Source of the DNA: Candidatus Lokiarchaeum ossiferum
GTDB taxonomy: Archaea > Asgardarchaeota > Lokiarchaeia > Sigyniarchaeales > Promethearchaeaceae
Assembly: GCA_025839675.1 (NCBI GenBank)
Contig: CP104013.1
Location: 420,001-452,000 of the forward strand
DNA length: 32,000 bases
Reading direction: 5' to 3'
Shown: positions 16,860-25,171 of the stretch, one piece after another
Layout of the letters: each line of letters begins with the position of its first letter
Position numbering within the stretch: position 1 is the stretch's first letter
Notes under the pieces: model-generated
What the model was told of the DNA's origin: nothing
The model's input: only the letters and a program-made list of their open reading frames with translations
The model's database searches: none
Made by a program: the position numbers and the translations under genes

Positions 16860-19388
16860 TTACATTTGATGGTTTTCACGAGCTATTAATTCATCCTGTA
16901 ATTCTTTTCCTATGGATGTGAAATAGGCATTATAACCTGTGACCCTAACTAGAAGATTTGCATAATTTTCGGGATGATGTTGAGCATCAATTAACATTTT
17001 TGCATCTAACATGTTGATCTGAAGAGCAGTTCCACCGTTCTCAATATAACCGCGAATATAGGCTTTAAATTTTTCTTTGTGCTCAGAATCACGCAGAAGA
17101 CTCGGATTGAAAGTTATTGTGTGTGAAGCACCATTTGGAAGGAAATTAATGTAATCCCCAGTTTCTGTTTTGCCTCCTAATGCATTACCCACCGAGTTTG
17201 TTACCGCAGTAGGACCTTTAGTATCTGCGCCATTGGTAGGACAAATAGCATTTGAAAGAAATGTCCCAGCTTTCCTCCCATTAGGTGTTGCAGGGGTAAA
17301 AGCAGCATCTTCTCCAGCCCAATAATTCCAAGAAAGCATGCCGGGTCTAAATTTATAGTTAGTTGGAGTAGTATACTGATAGGTTTCTTTAGACCAGAAC
17401 TCCATTGCTTCTCGTGCAATCTCATCCATTTCTGTCTCGTCGTTACCAAATTTCGGTGCCTTATTTGAGAGAATTGCTTGCATGATTTCATATTCCTTTT
17501 TGCCTTCAAAATTATTTATTAGAGCTTCTTTAATTTGAGCAAAAGAATATTTTTTCTCATCAAAAACATATTTTTTAATCGCTAAAAGCGAATCAACCAT
17601 AGTAGCAAAGGCGACACCTTCTATAGTTACAAATCCATATTTAGGAGGACCCGCATGTATATCAATGCCTTTTGAAATACAATCATCCATTAATATTGAT
17701 AAGTAAGGTACAGGAAGATATTTTGCGCGAGTTTCTTCACCTAAATTGTAAAAATCAACTGTATATTTGATAATATATTTAATCTGTTTTTTCCAAGCAT
17801 TGAAAAATTCATCCCATGATTGAAATGTCTCTGGATCTCCTGTTTCTGGACCAAATTGTTTTGATTCTTTATATTGTTTAAAAGTATTATCACCCATTAT
17901 ACGTTTAAAGCCTGGTTGATTTTTACCGTTCCATAATGTTAACTCAATACTTTTTGCGAGATTAGGATTACAATTAACGGTTCCTGATCGATCATTTCCG
18001 CACATTGTATTTTCAAGACATCCAACACATCCATAATCCCATACTTCATCTTTAGGAATACCTTCTTCCATTAATCCCGCCATACTACGTTCATCAAAGT
18101 TCAAAATGAAGGGAGCACCTTGTGCGCGGGTTATCATTTCAATAAGTTTATCGATTAATTTATCTGGTGAACCTCGGTGTAATCTCACATTGGGTTTTGG
18201 TTCTAAGATCGGAGCCCATTCGTCAAAACATTCTAAAATTAAATAAGTTAATTCATTGGTGAGATCCTCTCCTTTAGGTCCTAGTCCCGATAGAGTTATA
18301 AGTTGACCGAACCCAGCAGTAATTCCTTGATTTCCGATCTTAATTTGTGCATCATAAGCGGTGTTACAATGAAATATAAAGGAACTGAAAATATCTTTGG
18401 CCATATCTCGGGATAATGTTTGGTCTTCAAGCACATCCCTTTTATAAAGCGGCCATAAAATTTGATCAATTCGCCCAAAACTAAAACCAGGTCCAGGATA
18501 ACTTCCTTCGGACATGGTTAACATATGTGCAATCCAAATAGATTGAAGACTTTGCCAAAAGGTGGTAGCTGGTCCCCAAGGAACTTGCTTTAAATTTTCA
18601 TGCATCAATTTCAATTCTTCTTTTCTTTCTTCCGTAGATGCTGAAGCAAGTAAGTTTTCACATTCTTCCGCATATTTTACTGCCAAATCTCGAGGTAATT
18701 CCGCAGCAATCATCATCGCTCGTAGTTCAGAACCTTTAGATCCTTTTTTTTCAGAGTCGGAAAGTGCAGAGTAGGTTTTTTTTGCTTTATCATAAAGATA
18801 GGAAAACCCCTTTTCAACAACTGTTTTAAAATCTGGAATTATGTGTCCACCAGTTGCCCCTGCATTCCCAAAGCCTTCTTGGTGATAATGAAGAGCAGCA
18901 GTGCGATTTCTTAAATTTTCCTTTTCATAAATTTCATATTCTTTAGCATTCAGACATTTAGAGAGTTGTGTATTAAATCTTCCTCCCGCGAGTAAATCAT
19001 TTTCAGAAATTATCTCTTGAGGAATATAATCGACCATTACCATTTTTAAAAATGTAGCTCTTCTTTCAGGAAGGGAAAGATCCCAAAATTCTAAGGGTAA
19101 TTCTACCTTCTGTGCCATTTGAAGAAGTGAAAGGCCAAATAACCCTTTTCCCTTTACTCCCATAAATCCATAGACTTCTGGAACAATATGATAATCCCCT
19201 TCATTCCATACTCTATCTCCCCATGATGCCCCTGTTGTATAGGGAGAATATTCGTTATTCCATTTCCGATCATTTCCTTTAAAATAATAATCACGTAACC
19301 ATTTTGCTTTTGGAGAAAGATCATGGGATTGGGCAACCGAATATTGTGGTATATTTACTGAATTTGATTTTTTTTTTGTATCACTCAT
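16860..19388 (-). CDS. Glycyl radical enzyme, PFL2/dehydratase-lyase class, substrate unknown
   Basis: 842 aa. C-terminal glycyl-radical motif 'LLVRVTGYNAYF' (Gly818, codon 16935-16937). Cys loop 'YGCVGCLEN' (Cys454, Cys457, Glu459). Family-typical 'APKFGNDETEMDEIA' and 'NGADTKGPTAV' blocks. Confidence 0.9.
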   Translation of the reverse strand: MSDTKKKSNSVNIPQYSVAQSHDLSPKAKWLRDYYFKGNDRKWNNEYSPYTTGASWGDRVWNEGDYHIVPEVYGFMGVKGKGLFGLSLLQMAQKVELPLEFWDLSLPERRATFLKMVMVDYIPQEIISENDLLAGGRFNTQLSKCLNAKEYEIYEKENLRNRTAALHYHQEGFGNAGATGGHIIPDFKTVVEKGFSYLYDKAKKTYSALSDSEKKGSKGSELRAMMIAAELPRDLAVKYAEECENLLASASTEERKEELKLMHENLKQVPWGPATTFWQSLQSIWIAHMLTMSEGSYPGPGFSFGRIDQILWPLYKRDVLEDQTLSRDMAKDIFSSFIFHCNTAYDAQIKIGNQGITAGFGQLITLSGLGPKGEDLTNELTYLILECFDEWAPILEPKPNVRLHRGSPDKLIDKLIEMITRAQGAPFILNFDERSMAGLMEEGIPKDEVWDYGCVGCLENTMCGNDRSGTVNCNPNLAKSIELTLWNGKNQPGFKRIMGDNTFKQYKESKQFGPETGDPETFQSWDEFFNAWKKQIKYIIKYTVDFYNLGEETRAKYLPVPYLSILMDDCISKGIDIHAGPPKYGFVTIEGVAFATMVDSLLAIKKYVFDEKKYSFAQIKEALINNFEGKKEYEIMQAILSNKAPKFGNDETEMDEIAREAMEFWSKETYQYTTPTNYKFRPGMLSWNYWAGEDAAFTPATPNGRKAGTFLSNAICPTNGADTKGPTAVTNSVGNALGGKTETGDYINFLPNGASHTITFNPSLLRDSEHKEKFKAYIRGYIENGGTALQINMLDAKMLIDAQHHPENYANLLVRVTGYNAYFTSIGKELQDELIARENHQM

Positions 19389-19491
19389 TTAAATTCGCCT
19401 ATTAAAAAATTTTAAACGTCCCAAACTATACTATATATATCTAAGGATGTAGATATATTTATAGATATCCGAATTTTCAGCAAATGTTGGC

Positions 19492-19531
19492 ATGGAAACT
19501 CGGGTTTCCATTAGTAAACGGGAGTTTCCAT
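19492..19531. promoter_or_regulatory. Candidate operator: perfect 8-bp inverted repeat ATGGAAAC-TCGG-GTTTCCAT plus a third GTTTCCAT half-site 20 bp away
   Basis: ATGGAAAC at 19492-19499, GTTTCCAT at 19504-19511, GTTTCCAT again at 19524-19531. Each right half-site is followed by A/T then TAAAC. Lies about 105-140 bp upstream of the GRE start, in the 164-bp gap after the 206-aa gene. Confidence 0.4.
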
Positions 19532-19552
19532 AATAAACTAATATTGTGAAAA

Positions 19553-20173
19553 TTATTTTAAAAATGAGTAAATGTGATCAATCAGTTCTTGAGGTACTTT
19601 CATATTTTTATTCTTTATCCATTGTTTAAGATCTTCTGGGATAGTTACATCCAAATTGGCATTTGTAAAATCAGATTTTCGTTTATAAAAATGAAGAAAT
19701 CCATCTTCAACTTCTTCTATAAAAATTTGGCAACGGAAGTTTTCTTCAAACCACTTATTATATTTGTATTTTGCGCGTAATGGATCTTTATATAGACATT
19801 TATATTTTAAAACAAGATATATTTTTGTCTCATCTTGAATATCTTCTTCATATTTATTTGTAAACATTTTGGTTATTTGCTCTTTAGTCAAATTATTAAT
19901 TAATACATCTAAAAACTCAAATCCACGTGTTGAATATCGAAGATACTTATCTTTAGAGGAAAATATCAAGCGTAAAACAGGATTCGCATCAGTACCAATC
20001 CAAGTACAACTCAATTCTTTGGTTTTTTCAACCCGAACTTTTATGATCTCCAGAATTTCTTTAAAAGATAACTCTGTTTCTAATGTTTTGATAATTGAAA
20101 TATCTAAAAAAATGTTATTTTGATCCACATAAAATATTATTTTGGTGAACCTAAAAAAATTAGACTGTTTCAT
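19553..20173 (-). CDS. Hypothetical soluble protein (206 aa), overlapping the upstream ABC exporter gene
   Basis: ATG start lies 14 nt inside the end of the ABC gene (20160..20173 overlap). No TM segments and no recognisable motif. Lys/Glu/Tyr-rich. Confidence 0.5.
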   Translation of the reverse strand: MKQSNFFRFTKIIFYVDQNNIFLDISIIKTLETELSFKEILEIIKVRVEKTKELSCTWIGTDANPVLRLIFSSKDKYLRYSTRGFEFLDVLINNLTKEQITKMFTNKYEEDIQDETKIYLVLKYKCLYKDPLRAKYKYNKWFEENFRCQIFIEEVEDGFLHFYKRKSDFTNANLDVTIPEDLKQWIKNKNMKVPQELIDHIYSFLK

Positions 20174-21992
20174 CTATAGCGGGGTCTTCATCCCAATTTT
20201 CGATTTTTTGGATGAAATCATAAGATTGGTGCTTAAAATAGGTATTATAGAGATTTGAATAATGACCTCCTTTTTGCATTAGAGTATCGTGGTTCCCTTC
20301 TTCAACAATAGTCCCATGATCTAAAACAATTATTCGATCTACGTGACGAACGGTTCTTAAACGATGAGCGATGATAATTGAAGTTCGACCTCTCATCAAA
20401 TGTTCCATTGCTTCTTGAATTTTAGTTTCTGTAAATGGATCTACACTGGCAGTCGCTTCATCCAAGATTAATATAGATGGATTTTGCAAGAGAACACGAG
20501 CAAAAACCACTAATTGTCTTTGACCCATCGAAAGTAATTTACCCCGTTCTCGAATATTAGTATCAAGACCATCAACCAAATCATTAACCCAATCTGCCCC
20601 CCCTGCTTGCTCTAAAGCCCAAATTACATTTTCACGTGTTGCATTAGGTGAACCATATTTTACATTATTTTCAAGTGTATCAGCCCAAAGGAAGGGAGAC
20701 TGGGGGATCATTCCAATAAATCTTCGGTATTCTTTCAAAGAAATGTCACGGATATTTTTCCCATCAACTATTATATTTCCTTTTTGAAATTCATAAAAAC
20801 GAAGTAATAATCGTGCTAAACTGGATTTACCCGCTCCTGTATGGCCCACTATTGCAATTGATTCTCCTGGTTTGATGTCCAAATTGAAATTTTGAAAAAT
20901 TGGCTTTTCAGGCTCATAATAGAATGACATATCTTCAAATTGCAAATGACCATCCAATTTTTCAAAAACAAATTCTTCTTTCTGAATTACCGCAGGTTTA
21001 CTATCAATAAGTGCAAAAGTCCTTTCTGCTGCAGCCATCCCAGTTTGAAATTGAGGCCAAAATGCAGCGATTTGAAAGAGTGGGAAGAAAAGATTCCATA
21101 AACTTTGAATAAATAAATAAAGATCTGCACCTTGTAAACTTCCGAAAAGTATAGAATCCCCTCCAAAATAGATTAAACAAGCGAATGTAACACCTTGAAT
21201 TATGCTTAATCCGGGAAAGATGAGATTCATATACATAGCCCTATTAAAATTGACTTTGAAGCATTGTTTATTTATTTTCTTGAATTCATCATATAATTTT
21301 TCTTCTTGTCGGAAAGTTTTTGCAATCTGAATTCCTGCCATTGTCTCTTGAACAAAAGAATTAACCGAAGCCAGAGCTCTTTGTCCCAGTAACGTTTTTT
21401 TCCGAGCTACTTTTCGAAAAGATAGCGTGAAAATGAAGATCAATGGAATCATGATTAAAAGAACGGAAGTTAAACGAAAATCGATCGAAAACATTGGCAC
21501 AAATAAAATAAAGACGGCTAATAGTGCCGAGATGGACTGAATAAATAGCAGAGCCATCTCACCAAAACTTTGGGTATCAGAATTTACTCGACTAACGATT
21601 TTTCCAGTTGGATATTTATCAAAGAAAGACATATCTTGAATTAAAACATTATTGTTGACATCAGTTCTCAAATCATAAATAACATGGTTGAGAACTCTGG
21701 CAGAATAGTATTGATTTATCCAATTAAATACCCAAACAAAAGTATTTAAAATAAAGATAAGGACAATTCCAAAAGTGATCGCAGAAAAATCCAAACCATC
21801 TTCAAGGCTTGCGAGAATTTTACTCGTAAAATAAGGAATAATTCCATTCGAAATTGAAGCAAGCAATATGAAAATAGTCACAATTACCATTTTTTTTTTA
21901 TGTAATTTAAAATAATCCAGAATACGAATCATTAGTTCCTTATCAGTGTATTTTCGATCGTATTCTTCAGCTTCTAGTCCAAACCAAACCAT
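20160..21992 (-). CDS. ABC exporter permease/ATPase fusion (type I exporter half-transporter), consensus-ATPase subunit
   Basis: Six-TM N-terminal domain. Walker A GHTGAGKSS, Walker B ILILDEATASVD with the catalytic Glu, H-loop IIAHRL. The signature is atypical, LSMGQRQ. Confidence 0.9.
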   Translation of the reverse strand: MVWFGLEAEEYDRKYTDKELMIRILDYFKLHKKKMVIVTIFILLASISNGIIPYFTSKILASLEDGLDFSAITFGIVLIFILNTFVWVFNWINQYYSARVLNHVIYDLRTDVNNNVLIQDMSFFDKYPTGKIVSRVNSDTQSFGEMALLFIQSISALLAVFILFVPMFSIDFRLTSVLLIMIPLIFIFTLSFRKVARKKTLLGQRALASVNSFVQETMAGIQIAKTFRQEEKLYDEFKKINKQCFKVNFNRAMYMNLIFPGLSIIQGVTFACLIYFGGDSILFGSLQGADLYLFIQSLWNLFFPLFQIAAFWPQFQTGMAAAERTFALIDSKPAVIQKEEFVFEKLDGHLQFEDMSFYYEPEKPIFQNFNLDIKPGESIAIVGHTGAGKSSLARLLLRFYEFQKGNIIVDGKNIRDISLKEYRRFIGMIPQSPFLWADTLENNVKYGSPNATRENVIWALEQAGGADWVNDLVDGLDTNIRERGKLLSMGQRQLVVFARVLLQNPSILILDEATASVDPFTETKIQEAMEHLMRGRTSIIIAHRLRTVRHVDRIIVLDHGTIVEEGNHDTLMQKGGHYSNLYNTYFKHQSYDFIQKIENWDEDPAIDETV

Positions 21993-21993
21993 T

Positions 21994-23826
21994 TTAATTA
22001 TTCTCCTCCAATAATTCTTCTAAAGTTTTATCAAAACGTGTTAAAAAGATTTTTCTATATTCCTCTGAGGTTTTCAATAAGTGTTCATGGGAACCTTGTG
22101 CAACAATTTTACCAAGCCGAAAGACAATAATTTTATCCGCCCACCGAATTTGACTCAATCGGTGAGTAATTAAAAGCGTTGTTCTTCCTTTGAGAATGCG
22201 GGAAATTGCCCTTTGAATATTTTCTTCCGTTGCAGAATCAATTGCTGAAGTAGAATCATCTAAAACCAAAATTTTAGGATCCGAAATAAAAGCGCGAGCG
22301 ATTGCAATTCGTTGACGTTCTCCCCCACTCAATTGAACACCACGTTCTCCGACATTAGTATCGTATTGTTTTGGTAACTTTAAGATAAATTCATGAGCTT
22401 GAGCATCCTTTGCGGCTTTAATTACTTCTTCTTTACTTGTTACTCTCCCAAAAGCGATGTTTTCAAAAATACTTTTGGAAAACAGAAATATATCTTGCTC
22501 AATGTATGCAATTTGATTGCGAAGAGAATGCAATTCATAGTCTTTAATATCAATACCATCTACTAATATTTGACCTTTAGGTACGTCATATAATCTTGAA
22601 ATTAATTTTGTGCAAGTTGTTTTTCCCGATCCTGTTGTCCCAACAATAGCAATTGTTTCACCAGCCTTAGCTGAAAATGAAACACCTTTCAGAACCAGAT
22701 TCTCGGTCCTAGGATAAGAAAAAAACACTTCTTTAAATTCAATATCTCCACTAATATTCTTTTTAATGGAATTATCCATTTGAACAATTTCTGAAGATTT
22801 ATTCATTGTATCCAGTAGTCTATCAGCCCCCGCTATCGCACGTTTTACTAAAGCAAAAGCCCATATTGATATTCGTGTTGGAAAATAAAGTGTCAAAATC
22901 AACCCCATATAACCAATGATCTCATAGACCTCCATTTCACCTCTTTGTTGGAGAATAATTGCGTAAACAAGACTTAAAGTTATTGTTATAGCAACCATAA
23001 GAAGAGGAAAATATCGAGCTTGAATTTGTCCTTCCTTAACTCCAATTTCAAGGTATTTTTTTGCTTGCTTTTGATATAACCGAATTGAACGTTTTTCTTG
23101 AGCCATGCCTTTTATAACTTCTATTCCAGATAATGATTCATTAAGGATGGCGTTAAGATTGCCATATTCCATTTGCTTAGCTTGAACTACTGGCCCTAAA
23201 CTATTAACATACTGTTTTAAAGCAACAACAAAGAGTACACTATAGATTGAAGGGATTATAGCCAATCTTGGGGAGTAAATTAAGGCAACCATGACAATCG
23301 GTACGATTGTATTAATAACCGATTCAAAAATTAGTGATATACCGGGACTAATTAAAAAATTTAATTGACGGACGTCATTTGTTGCTCTAGCCATTATATC
23401 CCCCAGTCTTTGTTCATCATGGAATGATTGACTTTTTCCTAATAAATTTAAATATAGTTCATTTCGAGAATCCCGTTCCATCCGTTGTGCTAATATTTCA
23501 CGGAGAACATTTCCCAATAAATCTAATAAAGGTGAACCTATTCCTAATAGCAAGATTAAAACGGAGTAAAATATCAAATCTTGAGTGTTTCCGGCAGTAA
23601 AAGACCCAATTGCTTCTCCTAAATATACTTTCACCCGGGCATAAACAATTGCCGAAAAAATTGTTAAAATGACCCAAGAAAAGATAAAAATTTTATTATT
23701 TCTATATAATAGATGTTTTAATATCCAAACATAGGTTTTTTTTTGACGTGCTTCATAAAAATCATCATTAGTTGGCTTAAATTCTAGATGATTCAAATTT
23801 CTGCTAGTTTCTACTTGTTTTTGCAC
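21994..23826 (-). CDS. ABC exporter permease/ATPase fusion (half-transporter), degenerate-Walker-B subunit
   Basis: Walker A GTTGSGKTT and canonical signature LSGGERQ. Walker B is ILVLDDSTSAID, with Asp replacing the catalytic Glu. H-loop LITHRL. 1-bp gap to the partner gene. Confidence 0.9.
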   Translation of the reverse strand: MQKQVETSRNLNHLEFKPTNDDFYEARQKKTYVWILKHLLYRNNKIFIFSWVILTIFSAIVYARVKVYLGEAIGSFTAGNTQDLIFYSVLILLLGIGSPLLDLLGNVLREILAQRMERDSRNELYLNLLGKSQSFHDEQRLGDIMARATNDVRQLNFLISPGISLIFESVINTIVPIVMVALIYSPRLAIIPSIYSVLFVVALKQYVNSLGPVVQAKQMEYGNLNAILNESLSGIEVIKGMAQEKRSIRLYQKQAKKYLEIGVKEGQIQARYFPLLMVAITITLSLVYAIILQQRGEMEVYEIIGYMGLILTLYFPTRISIWAFALVKRAIAGADRLLDTMNKSSEIVQMDNSIKKNISGDIEFKEVFFSYPRTENLVLKGVSFSAKAGETIAIVGTTGSGKTTCTKLISRLYDVPKGQILVDGIDIKDYELHSLRNQIAYIEQDIFLFSKSIFENIAFGRVTSKEEVIKAAKDAQAHEFILKLPKQYDTNVGERGVQLSGGERQRIAIARAFISDPKILVLDDSTSAIDSATEENIQRAISRILKGRTTLLITHRLSQIRWADKIIVFRLGKIVAQGSHEHLLKTSEEYRKIFLTRFDKTLEELLEENN

Positions 23827-24061
23827 TTTTCCACCACAGTTTTTAAATGATTAGTTAATGGTCAATTAGGATTGAATTAAAAAGCTAACTCCTATTGATA
23901 ATAATAGCTTACTTAATGAAAATTGATGAATAAAAATTTCGATTTGAGTTTATTAAGATTGCCCCATTTCTTGAATACTGTTAGAAAATTTTCAACAATT
24001 TGTTCATATTCTCATTAAAACTAAAACATTTATGAAAAAGGAGGTTTTTCAAATTATTCAA

Positions 24062-24071
24062 ATATTTATAA
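24062..24071 (+). promoter_or_regulatory. TATA-like box upstream of cheY
   Basis: ATATTTATAA is centred about 30 bp upstream of the cheY ATG (24097). This fits an archaeal TATA box with a very short or absent leader. Position-based inference only. Confidence 0.3.
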
Positions 24072-24096
24072 GATTTGTGAAGAAAGTTGATAGAAA

Positions 24097-24462
24097 ATGG
24101 CTAAAATTTTAATTGTTGATGACGCGAAATTCATGCGAAACATATTGGTGAAAATTTTGACAGCAAATGGTCATCAAATAGTCGGAGAAGCAGATAGTGC
24201 GAATGAGGGAATAGAAAAATTTAAAGAACTATCTCCAGATTTGGTTACTATGGATATTTGCATGCCCGATAAAAGTGGTATGGAAGCGATTAAGGAAATT
24301 ATCGAAATTGATCCCAATGCAAAAATTGTGGTATGTTCTTCACTTGGACAAGAATTGATGGTTATGGAAGCAATTCAAATGGGGGCAAAAGACTTTATTG
24401 TAAAACCATTTAAAAAAGAAAAACTCGCAGAAATGATCAACAAAATCGTTCAAGAACCATGA
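24097..24462 (+). CDS. cheY: Chemotaxis response regulator CheY (stand-alone receiver)
   Basis: 121 aa. Acidic pocket 'ILIVDDAKFMR', phospho-acceptor context 'LVTMDICMPDKSG', 'VVCSS' and 'VKPF' (conserved Lys). The length and the FMR/MPxxxG pattern are CheY-like. Confidence 0.9.
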   Translation: MAKILIVDDAKFMRNILVKILTANGHQIVGEADSANEGIEKFKELSPDLVTMDICMPDKSGMEAIKEIIEIDPNAKIVVCSSLGQELMVMEAIQMGAKDFIVKPFKKEKLAEMINKIVQEP

Positions 24463-24487
24463 ATTAATTATAGAAGAATGATTAAAA

Positions 24488-25144
24488 ATGGAACCTGAGA
24501 AAACACCTAGCAACCTATCCAAAAAAGATGTGTATATAAAAAATTTAGATATTTTCAGAGAATTAGGAAACATTTGTGCTGGGGGGGCTGGAAATATATT
24601 ATCAAAATTGATAAAAAAGAAAATTTATTTTGATATACCACCTGCTAAATATTTATCAATTTCCCAAATAATTAAAGGGAGATTGATTGAAAATCAAAAA
24701 CAAATGTGTTTACATGGTACAATAAAAGGTTTCTTTCAGGGTAAGATTTTTTTAATGACTCCTATTGATGAAACAGAAATTCTTCTTGAAAATTTATATA
24801 AAGTAAAAAAAAAGGCAGAAATTAAAAAAAATCAGAATTTTAATTCAAATGACAACCAAATACTTCATAATTTTTTTAAAAAGCTTATCAATGCATATAC
24901 TGATGCTTTAGCGAGTTTTCTACAAGTTTCATTAATGTTTGATGAGGAACAATTTATAACAAAACAAGGTTCTGATTTCAAATCTTGTGTTGCTTCAACC
25001 ACAGATGAAGAACTAAACAAGGCGATAACTATAGAGACAACAATCAAAGTTGAAAATGAAGAAATAATCCACTGCAGCTTCTTGTTTATTCTAGGATCAA
25101 GTGAAGTTGATACGATTTTAAATCGAATTGAAGAAATATGGTAA
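24488..25144 (+). CDS. CheC-family (CheC/CheX/FliY-like) CheY-P phosphatase homolog with a single intact active-site motif
   Basis: Residues 21-51 'DIFRELGNICAGGAGNILSKLIKKKIYFDIP' fit D/S-X3-E-X2-N-X22-P exactly by hand count. The second pseudo-repeat (FFKKLINAYTDALASFL...) lacks the Glu and the Pro. Confidence 0.7.
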   Translation: MEPEKTPSNLSKKDVYIKNLDIFRELGNICAGGAGNILSKLIKKKIYFDIPPAKYLSISQIIKGRLIENQKQMCLHGTIKGFFQGKIFLMTPIDETEILLENLYKVKKKAEIKKNQNFNSNDNQILHNFFKKLINAYTDALASFLQVSLMFDEEQFITKQGSDFKSCVASTTDEELNKAITIETTIKVENEEIIHCSFLFILGSSEVDTILNRIEEIW

Positions 25145-25171
25145 GATACATAGATTAAAAAAAATTTTTAG

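Noticed and set aside
17201-19336. Several 60-102-aa ORFs inside the GRE gene (17201..17509 -, 18296..18478 -, 18562..18774 +, 19154..19336 -)
   Set aside because: They lie entirely within a strongly supported 842-aa gene, in other frames or on the other strand. Their low-complexity translations have no motifs. They are treated as frame shadows.
20160-23826. ABC pair plus small downstream gene as a RiPP or bacteriocin export/immunity locus
   Set aside because: Neither ABC protein has an N-terminal C39 peptidase domain. No short precursor-peptide ORF or modification enzyme is nearby; the adjacent radical-SAM protein is clearly a GRE activase.
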